Below the pieces are notes generated by a model. That model saw nothing but the letters and a program-made list of their open reading frames with translations, had not been told where the DNA came from and searched no databases. A DNA stretch of 64,000 nt from an uncultured Acidobacteriota bacterium. GTDB taxonomy: Bacteria > Acidobacteriota > UBA6911. Every line of letters begins with the position of its first letter. Position 1 is the first letter of the stretch. Location of the stretch: assembly GCA_963721405.1 (NCBI GenBank), contig CAVRJA010000002.1:115580-179579 (forward strand), in the 5' to 3' direction. Shown here piece by piece: positions 1-9,364 of the stretch. Made by a program: the position numbers and the translations under genes.

Positions 1-186
1 GACAGATGCCGCGCGCCGTCCGGTTCGTCATTGGGAACCGGGGACGCCCACCAAAAAACAGGCCTGAATTTTCAATCTAAGGGCATAATGGCACCTGTGA
101 CGCGAAGGTGACAGGAGTCGCCAGGTCCTTAGAATCAAAAAACAGCCTGACTTTTTGGCTCCAAGACGTTTTGGGAGTGCCCTGAA

Positions 187-1096
187 TTGAACGAACTCGA
201 ATCGATCCCACAGCTGCCGTCGTCAGTCCCCGACTTTGGCCCGACTTTCGGAGAAAAGACTATGAATGGGATACCTGTGCTTCACGCGGAGGGGGATTGT
301 ATTGCTCGCGCCTGGGAAGAATCCCTCATCGAATTGAACCGCAACGGATGCAGCATCCAGACGCAATACGACAAGCCCGGCGATCCGCCCAGCAAAGATG
401 CCACGATGACCATCACGATTCATGACCCGCTGCGCGAGCCGATGATACACAAGGACTTTCCCGGCGGCCCCATAGAACTGCAGGAATACGTGATGGAGGT
501 CTGCGACGGAATCAAGGACCACCTGGTGCGCGATCAGAATGATCCGGGCGACACCCGGTGGGAATACACCTATCATCAACGGCTGTTTGCCTACAAGGTT
601 CCTTCCTTGGGGGACTACGATCAGATTGAAATCCTGTCAAGGAAGCTGTCCGACACCCCGCACACGCGGCGGGCGCAAGCGGTCACGTGGAAAGTCTGGG
701 AAGACAATGACTGCTATGACCCGGCATGCCTGCAAAGCGTCTGGTGCCGGAGAGGGTGACGGCGCACCGGTCCTGAGCATGAATGTCCGTTTCCGCTCCA
801 ACGACGCCTACAAGGCCGCGTTCATGAACATGTTTGCCCTGGTGCAACTGCAGCAGAGGATCGCCGCGCGCATTTCTGCGCTCTCGGGCCGCGAAGTGAG
901 AGTTGGCCGGTACTGCCACATGGCGGACAGCTACCATGTTTACGGCTCGTATTTCCGCGAGTTTGAAAGGCGTTTCCTCGGCGCGCTTGAAAAGCGGACA
1001 TTTGCTCAGCGCACCATGCGCTACGCGGACGTGCGCGAGATGATGGAGGAAGCCCGGCCGGCATTGCTCGAAAAGGCTAGGAAGATGGGCAGATAG
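187..1096 (+). pseudogene. Thymidylate-synthase-family gene (ThyA / dCMP-hydroxymethylase fold) split by a frameshift near 745-760
   Basis: The frame-1 ORF 187-759 ends ...TRRAQAVTWKVWEDNDCYDPACLQSVWCRRG*. The frame-2 ORF continues GDGAPVLSMNVRFRSNDAYKAAFMNMFAL...GRYCHMADSYHVYGSYF to the stop at 1096. Only the two joined give the RRA..W / P-C / RSND / D-x-H-x-Y motif order of the fold. The start is uncertain (TTG 187 or ATG 262). Confidence 0.6.
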
Positions 1097-1198
1097 AGGT
1101 CCTGAGCGGCCACGTCGGTCTCGAAGCCGAGGGTTACCTGATCGAGTTCCGCAATCTGAAATTGAAGCGACTGCAATAGCTTCAATACAGACTTCTGA

Positions 1199-1684
1199 CG
1201 GCGTGATACGCGCGGCCCGTCCGCCTCCGGATGCCAGGTGTATTTTGTGGCGGGACGTGCCGGAGACCCGAATTTTTTCCCGTTGATAATCCACACCGGC
1301 GCGGTCGGCATTGGGGCCGTCCCGGTAACAATCCGCCTGAAAAGTTCCGCTTATGAGGCATGAAAGGTCGACTTCGAGGTCGCGCGCCGTCCAATTCGTC
1401 ATCGCCCCCGCGTACCACTCTCGGCCGTTCCGCCGCGCCACCAGGATGTATTCACCCAGCCGAGCATCGAGCACGCGGGTCTCATCCCAGACGAAGGGCA
1501 CGGCCGAAAGGAACTCAAGGTTCTCCGGTTCCTTGAGGTAGTTCGAGGGCGAGTCGACCGGCATCTTAAGCGGGCTCTCATAGACGACACACATTGCGAG
1601 CGGAGCCAAGGAGAATTTGCTTTTTTCGTGATCCGGTTTTGGGCAGAATACAGACTCTTGCACAAGATCGAAATCTCTCAGTGC
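1199..1684 (-). pseudogene. C-terminal fragment of a glycoside hydrolase family 97-like alpha-glucosidase
   Basis: The internal part of ORF 683-1816(-) reads LAPLAMCVVYESPLKMPVDSPSNYLKEPENLEFLSAVPFVWDETRVLDARLGEYILVARRNGREWYAGAMTNW...ADCYRDGPNADRAGVDYQREKIRV...HLASGGGRAARI. This matches the GH97 C-terminal domain pattern as I recall it. The roughly 450-aa N-terminal and catalytic part is absent, and there is no plausible start or RBS. Confidence 0.5.
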
Positions 1685-1782
1685 TGACACGTTCGATACA
1701 ACCGGTGTTTCAGGATCACCGAAGGCCGACGCTGACGTTTTGCGCCGGACATTGCCAATAATCTCGCGGATCGGAGGGGAAA

Positions 1783-3564
1783 ATGAAGATTGAAAGACGC
1801 CTGGGAACCATGGCACTCGTCATAGGTTGCCTGCTGATACTACTTTCAGCGCCGGCGCCGGCGCAGACGGTGCAGAGCGAGTATGAGCAGAGCAATTTCA
1901 GCCAATACACCAGTTACGAAAATATGATGCAGCACCTGGAAAAGATTCGCGGCATGTCTCATGAGGTGGTTCTGGGAACCTACGGAGAAACCCTCCAGGG
2001 GAGGGCCATCCCCTACCTGGTTCTGAGCAGGCCGCTGGTTTCTCAGCCTTGGGAGGCGGCTGCCTCGGGAAAGCCGGTCGTCTTGTTGGCCGCTAACGTC
2101 CACGGAGGCGAAAGAACCCTGCGCGAATCACTGCTGCTCCTGTTGCGCGAATCGGTCACCCCAGGTACGGCCATGAACGGCATGCTCGACAAGGTCATTT
2201 TTGTGTTTGTCCCTTGCATCAACCCGGACGGCGCGGAATCAAAGCCGCGAGCCATTCGTGGCAACCTCCGGTCCATCGACATGAATCGCGACTACATCAA
2301 ACTCGAGCAGCCGGAACTCGCCGCCTACGTCAAGAACATCCTCAACACATGGCACCCGCACGTGGTCGTCGACGGCCACAACGGCTGCGCTTATCCTTAC
2401 AATGTCTGCTACCAGGGACCCAGCTCTGCTTCGAGCGATCCCCGGTTGACCGAGATCTGCGACAAGGAGATTTTTCCGTTGATCAACAAGCGCATGGGGG
2501 AATCCAAGTACCGTTCCTGGTACTACTCGGGAGGCGACGAAAAGGCCTGGAGGACCGGTGGCTTCGATCCTCGCATCGGCAGGAACTACATCGGCCTGAT
2601 CAACAGCATCGGGATCCTGTTTGAATCGCCCGGCGGCCAGTCCGGAGAGATGGGCGCCAGGAGCGGGATGGTCGCCTATCGGACGGTCGCGGAATTCGTG
2701 GCTGCGAACCCTGCCAAGGTGATGGGACTCGTCGCTGCCGCGCGCCAGGACACCGTTTCCACCGGGGCGAAGGCCTCCGGTGAGATCGTTGTCCAGATGA
2801 AATACGATCCGGAAGATTACAGAGTGTCATACCTGATCGGCGCTCCCCAAGCGGGAGCCGCCGGCCGAGCCGCTGGGGCGGGAGGCGCCGCCGGAGCAGG
2901 CGCAGCAGGGAGGGGAGCGGGTGCCGCAGGAAGAGGAGCCGGTGCCGGAGCAGGTGCTGCGGGAAGGGGGGCAGGAGCTGCCGGAAGGGGAGCCGGCGCC
3001 GGAGGCGCAAGTTGGGACCGGCCCATCATCGAGGTGAAGGATGCCCAACTCATCAAAAAGCCGGTGCCGACGCAGACGCGGCCCCGTCCGTTTGCGTATG
3101 TGCTCGAGCCCCGGTCAGTCGAAGCCGTCCGGATGCTCCAGCGGCACAACATTCATGTCGAGGTGCTCACGGAAGAGATGGAACTCGAGGTCTCCTTTTA
3201 CCGGATCGACCGCGAAGTGAAATATTCCCATGAATACGATCACCCCGCTTCTGCGAACGTCCACGTAGTCGACTCCGCCTCCAGAAAGGTCTCCTTCCCG
3301 AAGGGGAGCTTCCTGATTCTCACGGGCCAGCCGCTGGGACGTGTCGTGACTCACATGCTGGAGCCGGAGACCAATGACAACGTGGTGAAGTGGAACACCA
3401 TGGACTTTGCCCTCCCCGTCAGCCCGGTGCGGGCCCGAAGCGCAGACGAGGAGGAGCGAAGGGCGGAGCCGAACCCCGCCCAAGTAAGGAGAGAACCGGT
3501 CGAATTCCCGATCTACAAGCTGTTGAAGCCTCAGAATTTGCCGACGCGCACGCTTGTGAACTGA
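1783..3564 (+). CDS. Secreted M14-family zinc carboxypeptidase with an internal Gly/Ala/Arg low-complexity insert
   Basis: ATG is preceded by GGAGGGGA. Signal peptide LLILLSAPAPAQT. Zn-binding H-x-x-E (ANVHGGERT), INPDG, NRDY, and the second His in VVDGHNG. Confidence 0.85.
   Translation: MKIERRLGTMALVIGCLLILLSAPAPAQTVQSEYEQSNFSQYTSYENMMQHLEKIRGMSHEVVLGTYGETLQGRAIPYLVLSRPLVSQPWEAAASGKPVVLLAANVHGGERTLRESLLLLLRESVTPGTAMNGMLDKVIFVFVPCINPDGAESKPRAIRGNLRSIDMNRDYIKLEQPELAAYVKNILNTWHPHVVVDGHNGCAYPYNVCYQGPSSASSDPRLTEICDKEIFPLINKRMGESKYRSWYYSGGDEKAWRTGGFDPRIGRNYIGLINSIGILFESPGGQSGEMGARSGMVAYRTVAEFVAANPAKVMGLVAAARQDTVSTGAKASGEIVVQMKYDPEDYRVSYLIGAPQAGAAGRAAGAGGAAGAGAAGRGAGAAGRGAGAGAGAAGRGAGAAGRGAGAGGASWDRPIIEVKDAQLIKKPVPTQTRPRPFAYVLEPRSVEAVRMLQRHNIHVEVLTEEMELEVSFYRIDREVKYSHEYDHPASANVHVVDSASRKVSFPKGSFLILTGQPLGRVVTHMLEPETNDNVVKWNTMDFALPVSPVRARSADEEERRAEPNPAQVRREPVEFPIYKLLKPQNLPTRTLVN
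2839..3012 (+). repeat. In-frame 58-codon Gly/Ala/Arg tandem low-complexity tract (GAAGRGA-type units) inside the M14 gene
   Basis: Translation is GAPQAGAAGRAAGAGGAAGAGAAGRGAGAAGRGAGAGAGAAGRGAGAAGRGAGAGGAS. All Arg codons in the RGAGA units are AGG or AGA. The strand is purine- and G-run-rich (gggaggggagcggg, gggaagggggg, ggaagggga). Confidence 0.9.
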
Positions 3565-3621
3565 TGGGGTTGGACCGATGCAAGCCGCGTAAGCTCATGC
3601 GTTTGGCATCAACATAACCCG

Positions 3622-3658
3622 AAAAAGGGGGTGCAGATTCGAATCGGCGCCCCCTTTT
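3622..3658. terminator. Hairpin between convergent genes; likely bidirectional intrinsic terminator
   Basis: aaaagggggtgc-agattcgaatc-ggcgcccccttttc: a roughly 11-bp GC-rich stem with an A-run on the left and a T-run on the right. It lies between the M14 stop (3564) and the stop of the minus-strand DHFR-family gene (3754). Confidence 0.6.
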
Positions 3659-3753
3659 CTTGATCACAGATACTATTAACGTACTGAACTATTCTGTCTG
3701 GCGTCCGCCTGCCGCCATAGGAGGAAAAGCTGTGCCAGCCGGCCATGCGCAGT

Positions 3754-4320
3754 TTACGCCGCTGATTGGTAGCAGAGAAAGACCTTCCCGTCGCCGAAGA
3801 TCCGGCTCCTGGAGAGTTTGAGGGGAAGCTTCTCCAGAACGCCATCGAACAGCGTTCGCCCCTTGCCGAGAACGACAGAGTTCACCACGATCTGGTACTC
3901 GTCGATCAACCTTGCCTGCGCCAATTGCGAGACGATGCTGCCGCTTCCCAGAATCACCATGGCTTCGCCGGGCTCCTGCTTCATCCTTCGGATTTCCGCC
4001 GCCATGTCTCCTCTGACCAGCCTGGAATTGTTCCACGACGCCGTGCTCAGCGTGCGCGAAAACACCACCTTCGGCAGGCTGTTCATCCGTTCGGCCAGGG
4101 CACGATCATACTTGAGCGCGAGCGGGGTCGGCCAGTAACCTGCCATGAGTTCGTACGTAACTCTGCCAAACAGGAGCGGACCTTCACCGCTTGCGTTTTC
4201 CGCGACAAATGCGCTCCACTCCGCATCGTTGGCATCCGGCTTTGCCCAATCCATGCGGCCGTTCGCATCAACGAAAAAACCATCCAGCGACACGTGATTG
4301 AAAACGACCAATTTACGCAT
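3754..4320 (-). CDS. Dihydrofolate reductase-family protein (RibD C-terminal domain type)
   Basis: MRKLVVFNHVSLDGFF...GRMDW...LLFGRVTYELMAGYWP...VVFSRTL...MVILGSGSIVSQL is the typical RibD_C/YwjB-like pattern. An RBS (GGGAGAAGG) lies upstream of the ATG at 4320. Confidence 0.8.
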   Translation of the reverse strand: MRKLVVFNHVSLDGFFVDANGRMDWAKPDANDAEWSAFVAENASGEGPLLFGRVTYELMAGYWPTPLALKYDRALAERMNSLPKVVFSRTLSTASWNNSRLVRGDMAAEIRRMKQEPGEAMVILGSGSIVSQLAQARLIDEYQIVVNSVVLGKGRTLFDGVLEKLPLKLSRSRIFGDGKVFLCYQSAA

Positions 4321-4358
4321 CTACCTTCTCCCTTTTTGAATAACAACCACGAAACGAC

Positions 4359-4664
4359 TTAGCCCATGTTTTGGCTAACCGCGACTGTTCCGGAGGATTT
4401 AGTTTCGGCGCGAAAGCGCGCGGGCGGCAAGCCGAACTCACGCTTGAAGGCCCGATTGAACGCCGCCTTGGATTCGTAACCCACACCAGGCGCGATCTGC
4501 GCAACATTCCAGCTTGTGGTCCCCAGTTTCTGGGCGCCCAGCTGAGGCCGCCAGCGTGTCAGGTAGGCCATGGGCGACCCGTCCAGGCATTGCCGGAACC
4601 GATTGTCCGCAAACCCAACCGGACTTTTGATCAAGGATACCACGCAGCCCGACACCGTAATCAA
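4359..4664 (-). pseudogene. AraC-family regulator remnant (C-terminal HTH only)
   Basis: ...FRQCLDGSPMAYLTRWRPQLGAQKLGTTSWNVAQIAPGVGYESKAAFNRAFKREFGLPPARFR is the second AraC HTH. There is no N-terminal sensing domain, the frame closes at a stop about 40 nt upstream, and only a TTG start is available. Confidence 0.5.
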
Positions 4665-4804
4665 CGAAGCCGGAAGCTCGGGTAAGGCGCACGCTGCCGT
4701 CCTGCTTCATATTAAACCAGGATGGATCTGACGACAGCGGGCGGATCGGGTATCCGCACCGGGAGGCGTCAGATCGAATTGAAAACGAAAAGGAGAGACA
4801 AACC

Positions 4805-4879
4805 ATGACGCTGATTCAGGTCAAGTCGATCGAGGAAGTTTTTACCCCCGTGCAGAAGCAGGAGATTATTAACCGGCTA
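4805..4879 (+). pseudogene. N-terminal 25-codon remnant of a 4-oxalocrotonate-tautomerase-family gene
   Basis: MTLIQVKSIEEVFTPVQKQEIINRL matches the tautomerase N-terminus (M-P/T-x-I-x-V, FT.EQK). After residue 25 the ORF (4805-5158) loses all similarity and runs across a terminator hairpin. Confidence 0.4.
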
Positions 4880-5004
4880 TCATTCAAAATTTGGGTTGCC
4901 TCCCCTTTTGTTGCGTGCTTTGATGAATCAGCCCCGGCCGTGACAGGGTGTCCAACGGTTGATATGAAACCTGAGATGAGGAGCGAAGCGCCACCAGTGA
5001 CTAG

Positions 5005-5027
5005 CCCCGCGCGTCAGCGCGGGGTTT
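5005..5027 (+). terminator. Intrinsic-terminator-like hairpin
   Basis: ccccgcgc-gtca-gcgcgggg followed by ttt: a perfect 8-bp GC stem with a tetraloop. Confidence 0.45.
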
Positions 5028-5264
5028 GGGCACGCAGGAGGGCGAGGGATGAAGGGCCGGCACATTCAATGTATTCCGGGGCATTTGTGCCGCACCTTCG
5101 CCGCTCATCTCCACGTCATCCTGATCCCGGCCTTACGGCTGGGCCTGGTCACCCATGAACCAACCGTTGGACACCCTCGTGACATGCCCCGGTTCTTTGC
5201 TTTGCGCCGGATACAGGTGCGGAATGATGATGCCGTACTGCTGAGCCGAAGGAGGACTCACACA

Positions 5265-7208
5265 ATGTTGAGGAGTCGGGTGAGCGTGGTGGTGGCCTGC
5301 GCGGTGATCCTGGCATGCGCCGGATGCATCCGGGCACATGGGCGCCCGTTGTCTGCTGCTCAAAACGAAGATCTGACCTCATTGCTTGCCACCTTGCGCA
5401 AGAACGTCGGATTGACTGGAAACATCGCCGTCGCCCTCAAAACCCAGGATGCGATCGCCGCACTCGGCAAGCGCGATCCCAAGGCGGTAGTCCCGGCACT
5501 CGTCGCCCAACTCAGGTCCCTTCGCGCCGGTGAGCGAAAGACTACGCTCGATTTCCAGATGGCATTGTTCTCGGTCCTCGAGAGTATCGGCCCCGCGGCG
5601 GAAGGGGCCGTTCCGGTCCTGACGGAAATCGTCCAGGACGACAGTGAGCGGAATGATTTCGTGCTGCTTAAGGCGAGGATGGCGCTCTCTGCGATCGGGA
5701 CGCCGGCTGCGAAATCGGCCGGCGGGGCAGCCGACCAGAGAAGTGTGAACCAGTGGCTGCGGAAGGCATCCCCCGCAGACATCGCGCAAGCGGCAGCGCA
5801 TCACGCATATCTCATCCGGCGCGAGCTCCGTTCCACGCGGATGAGCGAAGAGGTGATCGAAGCCTCGGTTAGCGCGCTCCGCCCGATCGGACCGCAGGCG
5901 AAAGACGCCGTGCCGAGCCTCGTTCGTGCCTGGGCGGATCCCAGAATCGGCACGAACCTCCGTTCACTCATCGCCTCCTGCCTGACTGCCGCCGGTGTCA
6001 AAGATGTTGGATCGGCCGCAACCGCTCTGCGCGCGGGAAACCGGACCGACACGCTCGCCGAGATTATCGCGGACGCGCGGAGTGACAACAGTCTCGTCAG
6101 TACAATGGCTATGTCCGAGCTGGGAGATCGCGGACCGTCGGAGAAGTCGATCGATGCACTCATTTCTGCGCTCGAGGAGAACAGGAATCCGGGCCAGGCG
6201 GCGCTGGTTCTAGGCAAATTCGGCACGGCCGCAGCGCGGGCGATTCCTTCACTGCTGGCCCGCCTGGACGATCGGAATGCCGGGGCCAACGTCATTCAGG
6301 CACTTGGGCTGATAGGGTCCGGTGACGAAAGAACGGTATCCGCATTAAGGCGGGTGGTCGCAGACGACAGGAGCCCTCACCGCTCCATGGCGGCGGCCGC
6401 GCTCGGGTCACTTCACGCCGCGGATGCGCTGCCCGAATTGCGGCATGCTCTCTCGGCACCTGACAAGTACACCCGGATCCTGGCGGCCAACGCCCTGGGA
6501 GGTCTCGGCGTGGGTGCGGCTGCGGCTGCTCCCGAGCTGTCCACTCTGCTGGAGGATCCCGATACTGATGTCAGGGTGAGTGCCGTACAGTCTCTGGGGA
6601 TGATCGGCCCGGCCGCGGCACCCGCGGTGTCGCGCATTGGGCGGGAGCTTCAGTCCTCAGACCGTCGCCTGAAGACGGCTGCGGTGACTGCGCTGGAAAG
6701 GATCGGCGGGCAGGAGGCATCGGCGGCGCTTGAGGCCGATGCGCGCCGCTATGCCGAGGCTGACCGGTCCGAGTTCTTGCTCTTGCGGCAAACGGGAGAC
6801 AGGAGCCGGCTGCTGAGTCTGATGGAAGAACTGCCGCAGGCGAGGCGGATTCAGCTTGCCCGCAACCTGCTGAATGACCAGGATGCCGCCGTCGCTTCCC
6901 TTGCGGCCGGCACCCTGATTCGCGAGGGCCGAGAAGAAGAGACCGTGCCGGCGCTGGCAAACCTTCTTCTTTCGATGCCCGCGGGCAACCTCTCGGGAGG
7001 GATCGGCGCCGTCTTGCAGGAATCCGGCGACAGCCTGCTGCTGAACCGCCTGATGGCCCGCATCTGCGCCTATTTCGAAGCGAACATGAGCAGGTATTCG
7101 CCATCGGACCAGGAGCGAATCCGCAAGCAGATCTGCCCTGATCGCAAGCTGCCGGAAAGCAATCGCATCGATCATGGTGGAAGCATTTCCGCGCCAGGCA
7201 TGCGCTAA
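5265..7208 (+). CDS. HEAT/PBS-lyase-repeat lipoprotein
   Basis: The ATG at 5265 has GGAGG 9 nt upstream. Lipobox VILACAGC. Repeated modules follow of the form ..AA.ALG..G..A..A.P.L..LL.D.D..VR..A..SLG.IG. Confidence 0.75.
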   Translation: MLRSRVSVVVACAVILACAGCIRAHGRPLSAAQNEDLTSLLATLRKNVGLTGNIAVALKTQDAIAALGKRDPKAVVPALVAQLRSLRAGERKTTLDFQMALFSVLESIGPAAEGAVPVLTEIVQDDSERNDFVLLKARMALSAIGTPAAKSAGGAADQRSVNQWLRKASPADIAQAAAHHAYLIRRELRSTRMSEEVIEASVSALRPIGPQAKDAVPSLVRAWADPRIGTNLRSLIASCLTAAGVKDVGSAATALRAGNRTDTLAEIIADARSDNSLVSTMAMSELGDRGPSEKSIDALISALEENRNPGQAALVLGKFGTAAARAIPSLLARLDDRNAGANVIQALGLIGSGDERTVSALRRVVADDRSPHRSMAAAALGSLHAADALPELRHALSAPDKYTRILAANALGGLGVGAAAAAPELSTLLEDPDTDVRVSAVQSLGMIGPAAAPAVSRIGRELQSSDRRLKTAAVTALERIGGQEASAALEADARRYAEADRSEFLLLRQTGDRSRLLSLMEELPQARRIQLARNLLNDQDAAVASLAAGTLIREGREEETVPALANLLLSMPAGNLSGGIGAVLQESGDSLLLNRLMARICAYFEANMSRYSPSDQERIRKQICPDRKLPESNRIDHGGSISAPGMR

Positions 7209-7265
7209 AGAGGGACAGTCACCAGCTTCCCCTTAGAAACAACTTAATATTTCTATTGACAGTGT

Positions 7266-7514
7266 GTGACCTATTGCACTGCTGAGCGGGACGTCGCCCA
7301 CTTGTTCGAGGAAGCCGCCGCCTCCTACCAGGAGAACCCGACCGCTTTGCATTTGCGCGCCATGAACATGCTTTACGAAGGTCTGAAGGAAAAGGGCGCC
7401 CTGATGCTGATTCCCAGCACCGCGGTGGAATCCATGGGCATGGGTGGCTTGCTGGGCGCGGCCGCCTTGCGTCAGTCCCAACTGTCCGAAAAGAAGGAAG
7501 CCGCAGCTTCCTAG
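7266..7514 (+). pseudogene. C-terminal fragment of an SPFH/band-7 (stomatin/HflC-like) protein
   Basis: ...EAAASYQENPTALHLRAMNMLYEGLKEKGALMLIPSTAVESMGMGGLLGAAAL matches the end of SPFH-domain proteins. The whole SPFH core is missing, only a GTG start is available, and there is no RBS. Confidence 0.45.
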
Positions 7515-7568
7515 GCGCCCAGTCGCATTCCCGTACGATCCGTGGTTTGGGAAGAAAGGAGATCCCCA

Positions 7569-7823
7569 ATGAAACTGCATCGCGGCATTAATACCAGCAG
7601 CATCGCGGGAGAAGGTCTCGAGGGGCTTCCGGGTTTGCTGATCACGATCGCGTTCGTATTTATGTTCGTGTACATTTTTCTGCCGCGCAAAACAAGCGAT
7701 TGGCTCCTGGTCCTGTTTCTCGCCGTTGAGACCGGCGCAGCCATTCTGTACATCCTCGCGGACCGTCACAACCGCAAAGAGTCCGAGCGGCTGAAGAAGG
7801 AGTTGCACAAGATCAACCGCTGA
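7569..7823 (+). CDS. Small two-TM membrane protein, unknown function
   Basis: The ATG at 7569 follows AAGGAG. Two hydrophobic helices (LPGLLITIAFVFMFVYIFL, WLLVLFLAVETGAAILYIL) are followed by a basic tail. Confidence 0.55.
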   Translation: MKLHRGINTSSIAGEGLEGLPGLLITIAFVFMFVYIFLPRKTSDWLLVLFLAVETGAAILYILADRHNRKESERLKKELHKINR

Positions 7824-8196
7824 AATCAACGTTTCTGATGGAGCCCGGTCGTCGCGCCTGCTATACCAGATGGTTGTCCGGTAGTATCCGCGGATGATTG
7901 CATCGCCGGTCACGATCGGTGCTTTGTTTAATCGGGCAGCGCGACGGGCGCTCGTCCACGCGCCTGCTCGGGATGTCTCATTGTCAGCAATGGAACCCTG
8001 CGACCGCGTCAAAGATATGTTTGCGGCGACCGCGGCCGCTGGGAGCCCTGGTATTGACCCCCGAGCGTGCCGTTGCGATGGAGTGACAGAAACGTGACCC
8101 GAGAATGGAGAGGATTAAACGCTTTTCGTGTCACACACCGGTAACGTCTTGGTCGCATTGAGATTTCGGGGACCGGCGCACAGAAAAATCTGAATC

Positions 8197-8225
8197 TTGA
8201 CAGCAAAGTAAAGAAGCATCATGAT
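8197..8225 (+). promoter_or_regulatory. Possible sigma-70-type promoter of vapBC; the transcript would be nearly leaderless
   Basis: TTGACA (8197-8202), a 17-nt spacer, then CATGAT (8220-8225). The vapB ATG is at 8232 and no SD sequence lies between. Confidence 0.3.
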
Positions 8226-8231
8226 GTCGTT

Positions 8232-8513
8232 ATGAGAACCACGGTGACTCTGGATAGAGATGTAGAGCGGATGGTGCGTGATGTCATGCACCGTTCCCGG
8301 CGATCTTTCAAGGAGACGTTGAATACCGCCTTGCGGGCTGGACTCGCCAAACCGGTTCGGGGCAGGAGCAGCCGCTTCGTGGTTAAGTCTCGCCCGATGC
8401 GGCTCCGCGCGGGCATTGATCCAACCAGCCTTAACAAGGTGGCGGACGCGCTGGAAGTCGATGCCTTTCTGGAAAAAATCGAAGGCAGCAGCAACCGCAG
8501 GAAGCGGGCATGA
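8232..8513 (+). CDS. vapB: VapB-type antitoxin
   Basis: MRTTVTLDRDVERMVRDVM... is an RHH-like N-terminus. The gene overlaps the downstream PIN gene by 4 nt (ATGA). Confidence 0.8.
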   Translation: MRTTVTLDRDVERMVRDVMHRSRRSFKETLNTALRAGLAKPVRGRSSRFVVKSRPMRLRAGIDPTSLNKVADALEVDAFLEKIEGSSNRRKRA

Positions 8514-8968
8514 TCGTCCCCGACATCAACCTGTTGTTGTACGTTTATGATTCCGACTCTCCGTTCCAGGTCAAGGCGGCTGCGTGGTGGCAAATGTGTC
8601 TGTCGGGAATCGAGCCCGTGGGTTTGGCGCCCGTGGTGATGTTCGGTTTCATCCGCATTGGATCCAGCTCCCGGGTATTCCAGAACCCGCTGACTCCTGC
8701 TGAAGCATCAGTGCACGTGCGCTCCTGGCTCGCCCAACCCGTCGCACAGATCGTGACGCCGGGCCCCGATCACATTCATCAGGTGCTCAAACTTGTCGAG
8801 ACGCTCGGCACGGCGGGGAACCTCGTGACCGATGCCCAGATTGCTGCTCTGAGCATGGAATATGGCGCCGTTTTGCACACCGCGGATGCTGATTTTCTGA
8901 GATTTCCAGGCTTGCGCTGGTTTAATCCCATCACCGGCGCCGCGAGCCGTAAGCTGCGCAAGGGTTAA
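8510..8968 (+). CDS. vapC: PIN-domain VapC-family toxin
   Basis: MIVPDINLLLY (first acidic residue), ...LVTDAQIAALSMEYGAVLHTADADFLRF (C-terminal PIN acidic residues). It is translationally coupled to vapB. Confidence 0.85.
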   Translation: MIVPDINLLLYVYDSDSPFQVKAAAWWQMCLSGIEPVGLAPVVMFGFIRIGSSSRVFQNPLTPAEASVHVRSWLAQPVAQIVTPGPDHIHQVLKLVETLGTAGNLVTDAQIAALSMEYGAVLHTADADFLRFPGLRWFNPITGAASRKLRKG

Positions 8969-9004
8969 TTTGGGGACAGGCTACTACTCAACTCTCGGTT
9001 CCGA

Positions 9005-9364
9005 TTGCCCCGCGAGCATGCCGAGGTGCTGTGCGATGAAAACTCGCCCCTCTCCATGGCCGGTTTTGTCGAATCGCTGGCATGCGTCTTCCCTGTGAAC
9101 CAAGTGATCGAAGGCTTCCGGGGCGGCAAAGGGCCGCTCGCAGAGAATCATCCGCCCGAGCATTGGGAAGGGATCGAGAGGTCCACTGCGCCAAGCTACA
9201 GGAACTTCCTGACGCAAACTTACCTTCCCGCGATGCCGGACATTGTGGCGCGGCTGCGCGAAGGCGGGGCCGCCCTCGACGTGGGGTGCGGCGCCGGAAT
9301 CGTATTCGTGGCGATCGCCAAGGCCTACCCGAAGGCCGAAGTCTTCGGTTTCTCCACTCACTAG
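9005..9364 (+). pseudogene. Truncated class-I SAM-dependent methyltransferase (ends just after motif I)
   Basis: ...GGAALDVGCGAGIVFVAIAKAYPKAEVFGFSTH* stops about 20 residues after the GxGxG SAM motif. Post-I motifs are absent and only a TTG start is available. Confidence 0.5.

Noticed and set aside
683-1198. Downstream continuation of the 377-aa minus-strand ORF beyond the GH97-like segment
   Set aside because: GH97 similarity ends near 1199. The remaining open frame overlaps the 3' end of the thymidylate-synthase-like gene and appears to exist only because no stop codon happens to occur.
2600-3152. Minus-strand Pro/Ala/Leu/Arg-rich ORFs of 136, 111 and 73 aa
   Set aside because: They are artefacts of the complementary strand of the Gly/Ala/Arg tract inside the M14 gene.
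3631-3650. TTCGAAT loop resembling a tRNA T-loop
   Set aside because: The flanking bases do not form a T-arm, and there is no acceptor or anticodon arm around it. It is the loop of the terminator hairpin.
5049-5264. 72-codon N-terminal extension of the HEAT-repeat ORF
   Set aside because: The extension has no coding character. A GGAGG-preceded ATG at 5265 starts directly with a lipoprotein signal peptide.
5130-5363. Minus-strand 76-77-aa ORFs upstream of the HEAT gene that might be a toxin or transposase remnant
   Set aside because: I could not match the peptide to any family with confidence. They overlap the terminator hairpin and the leader region.
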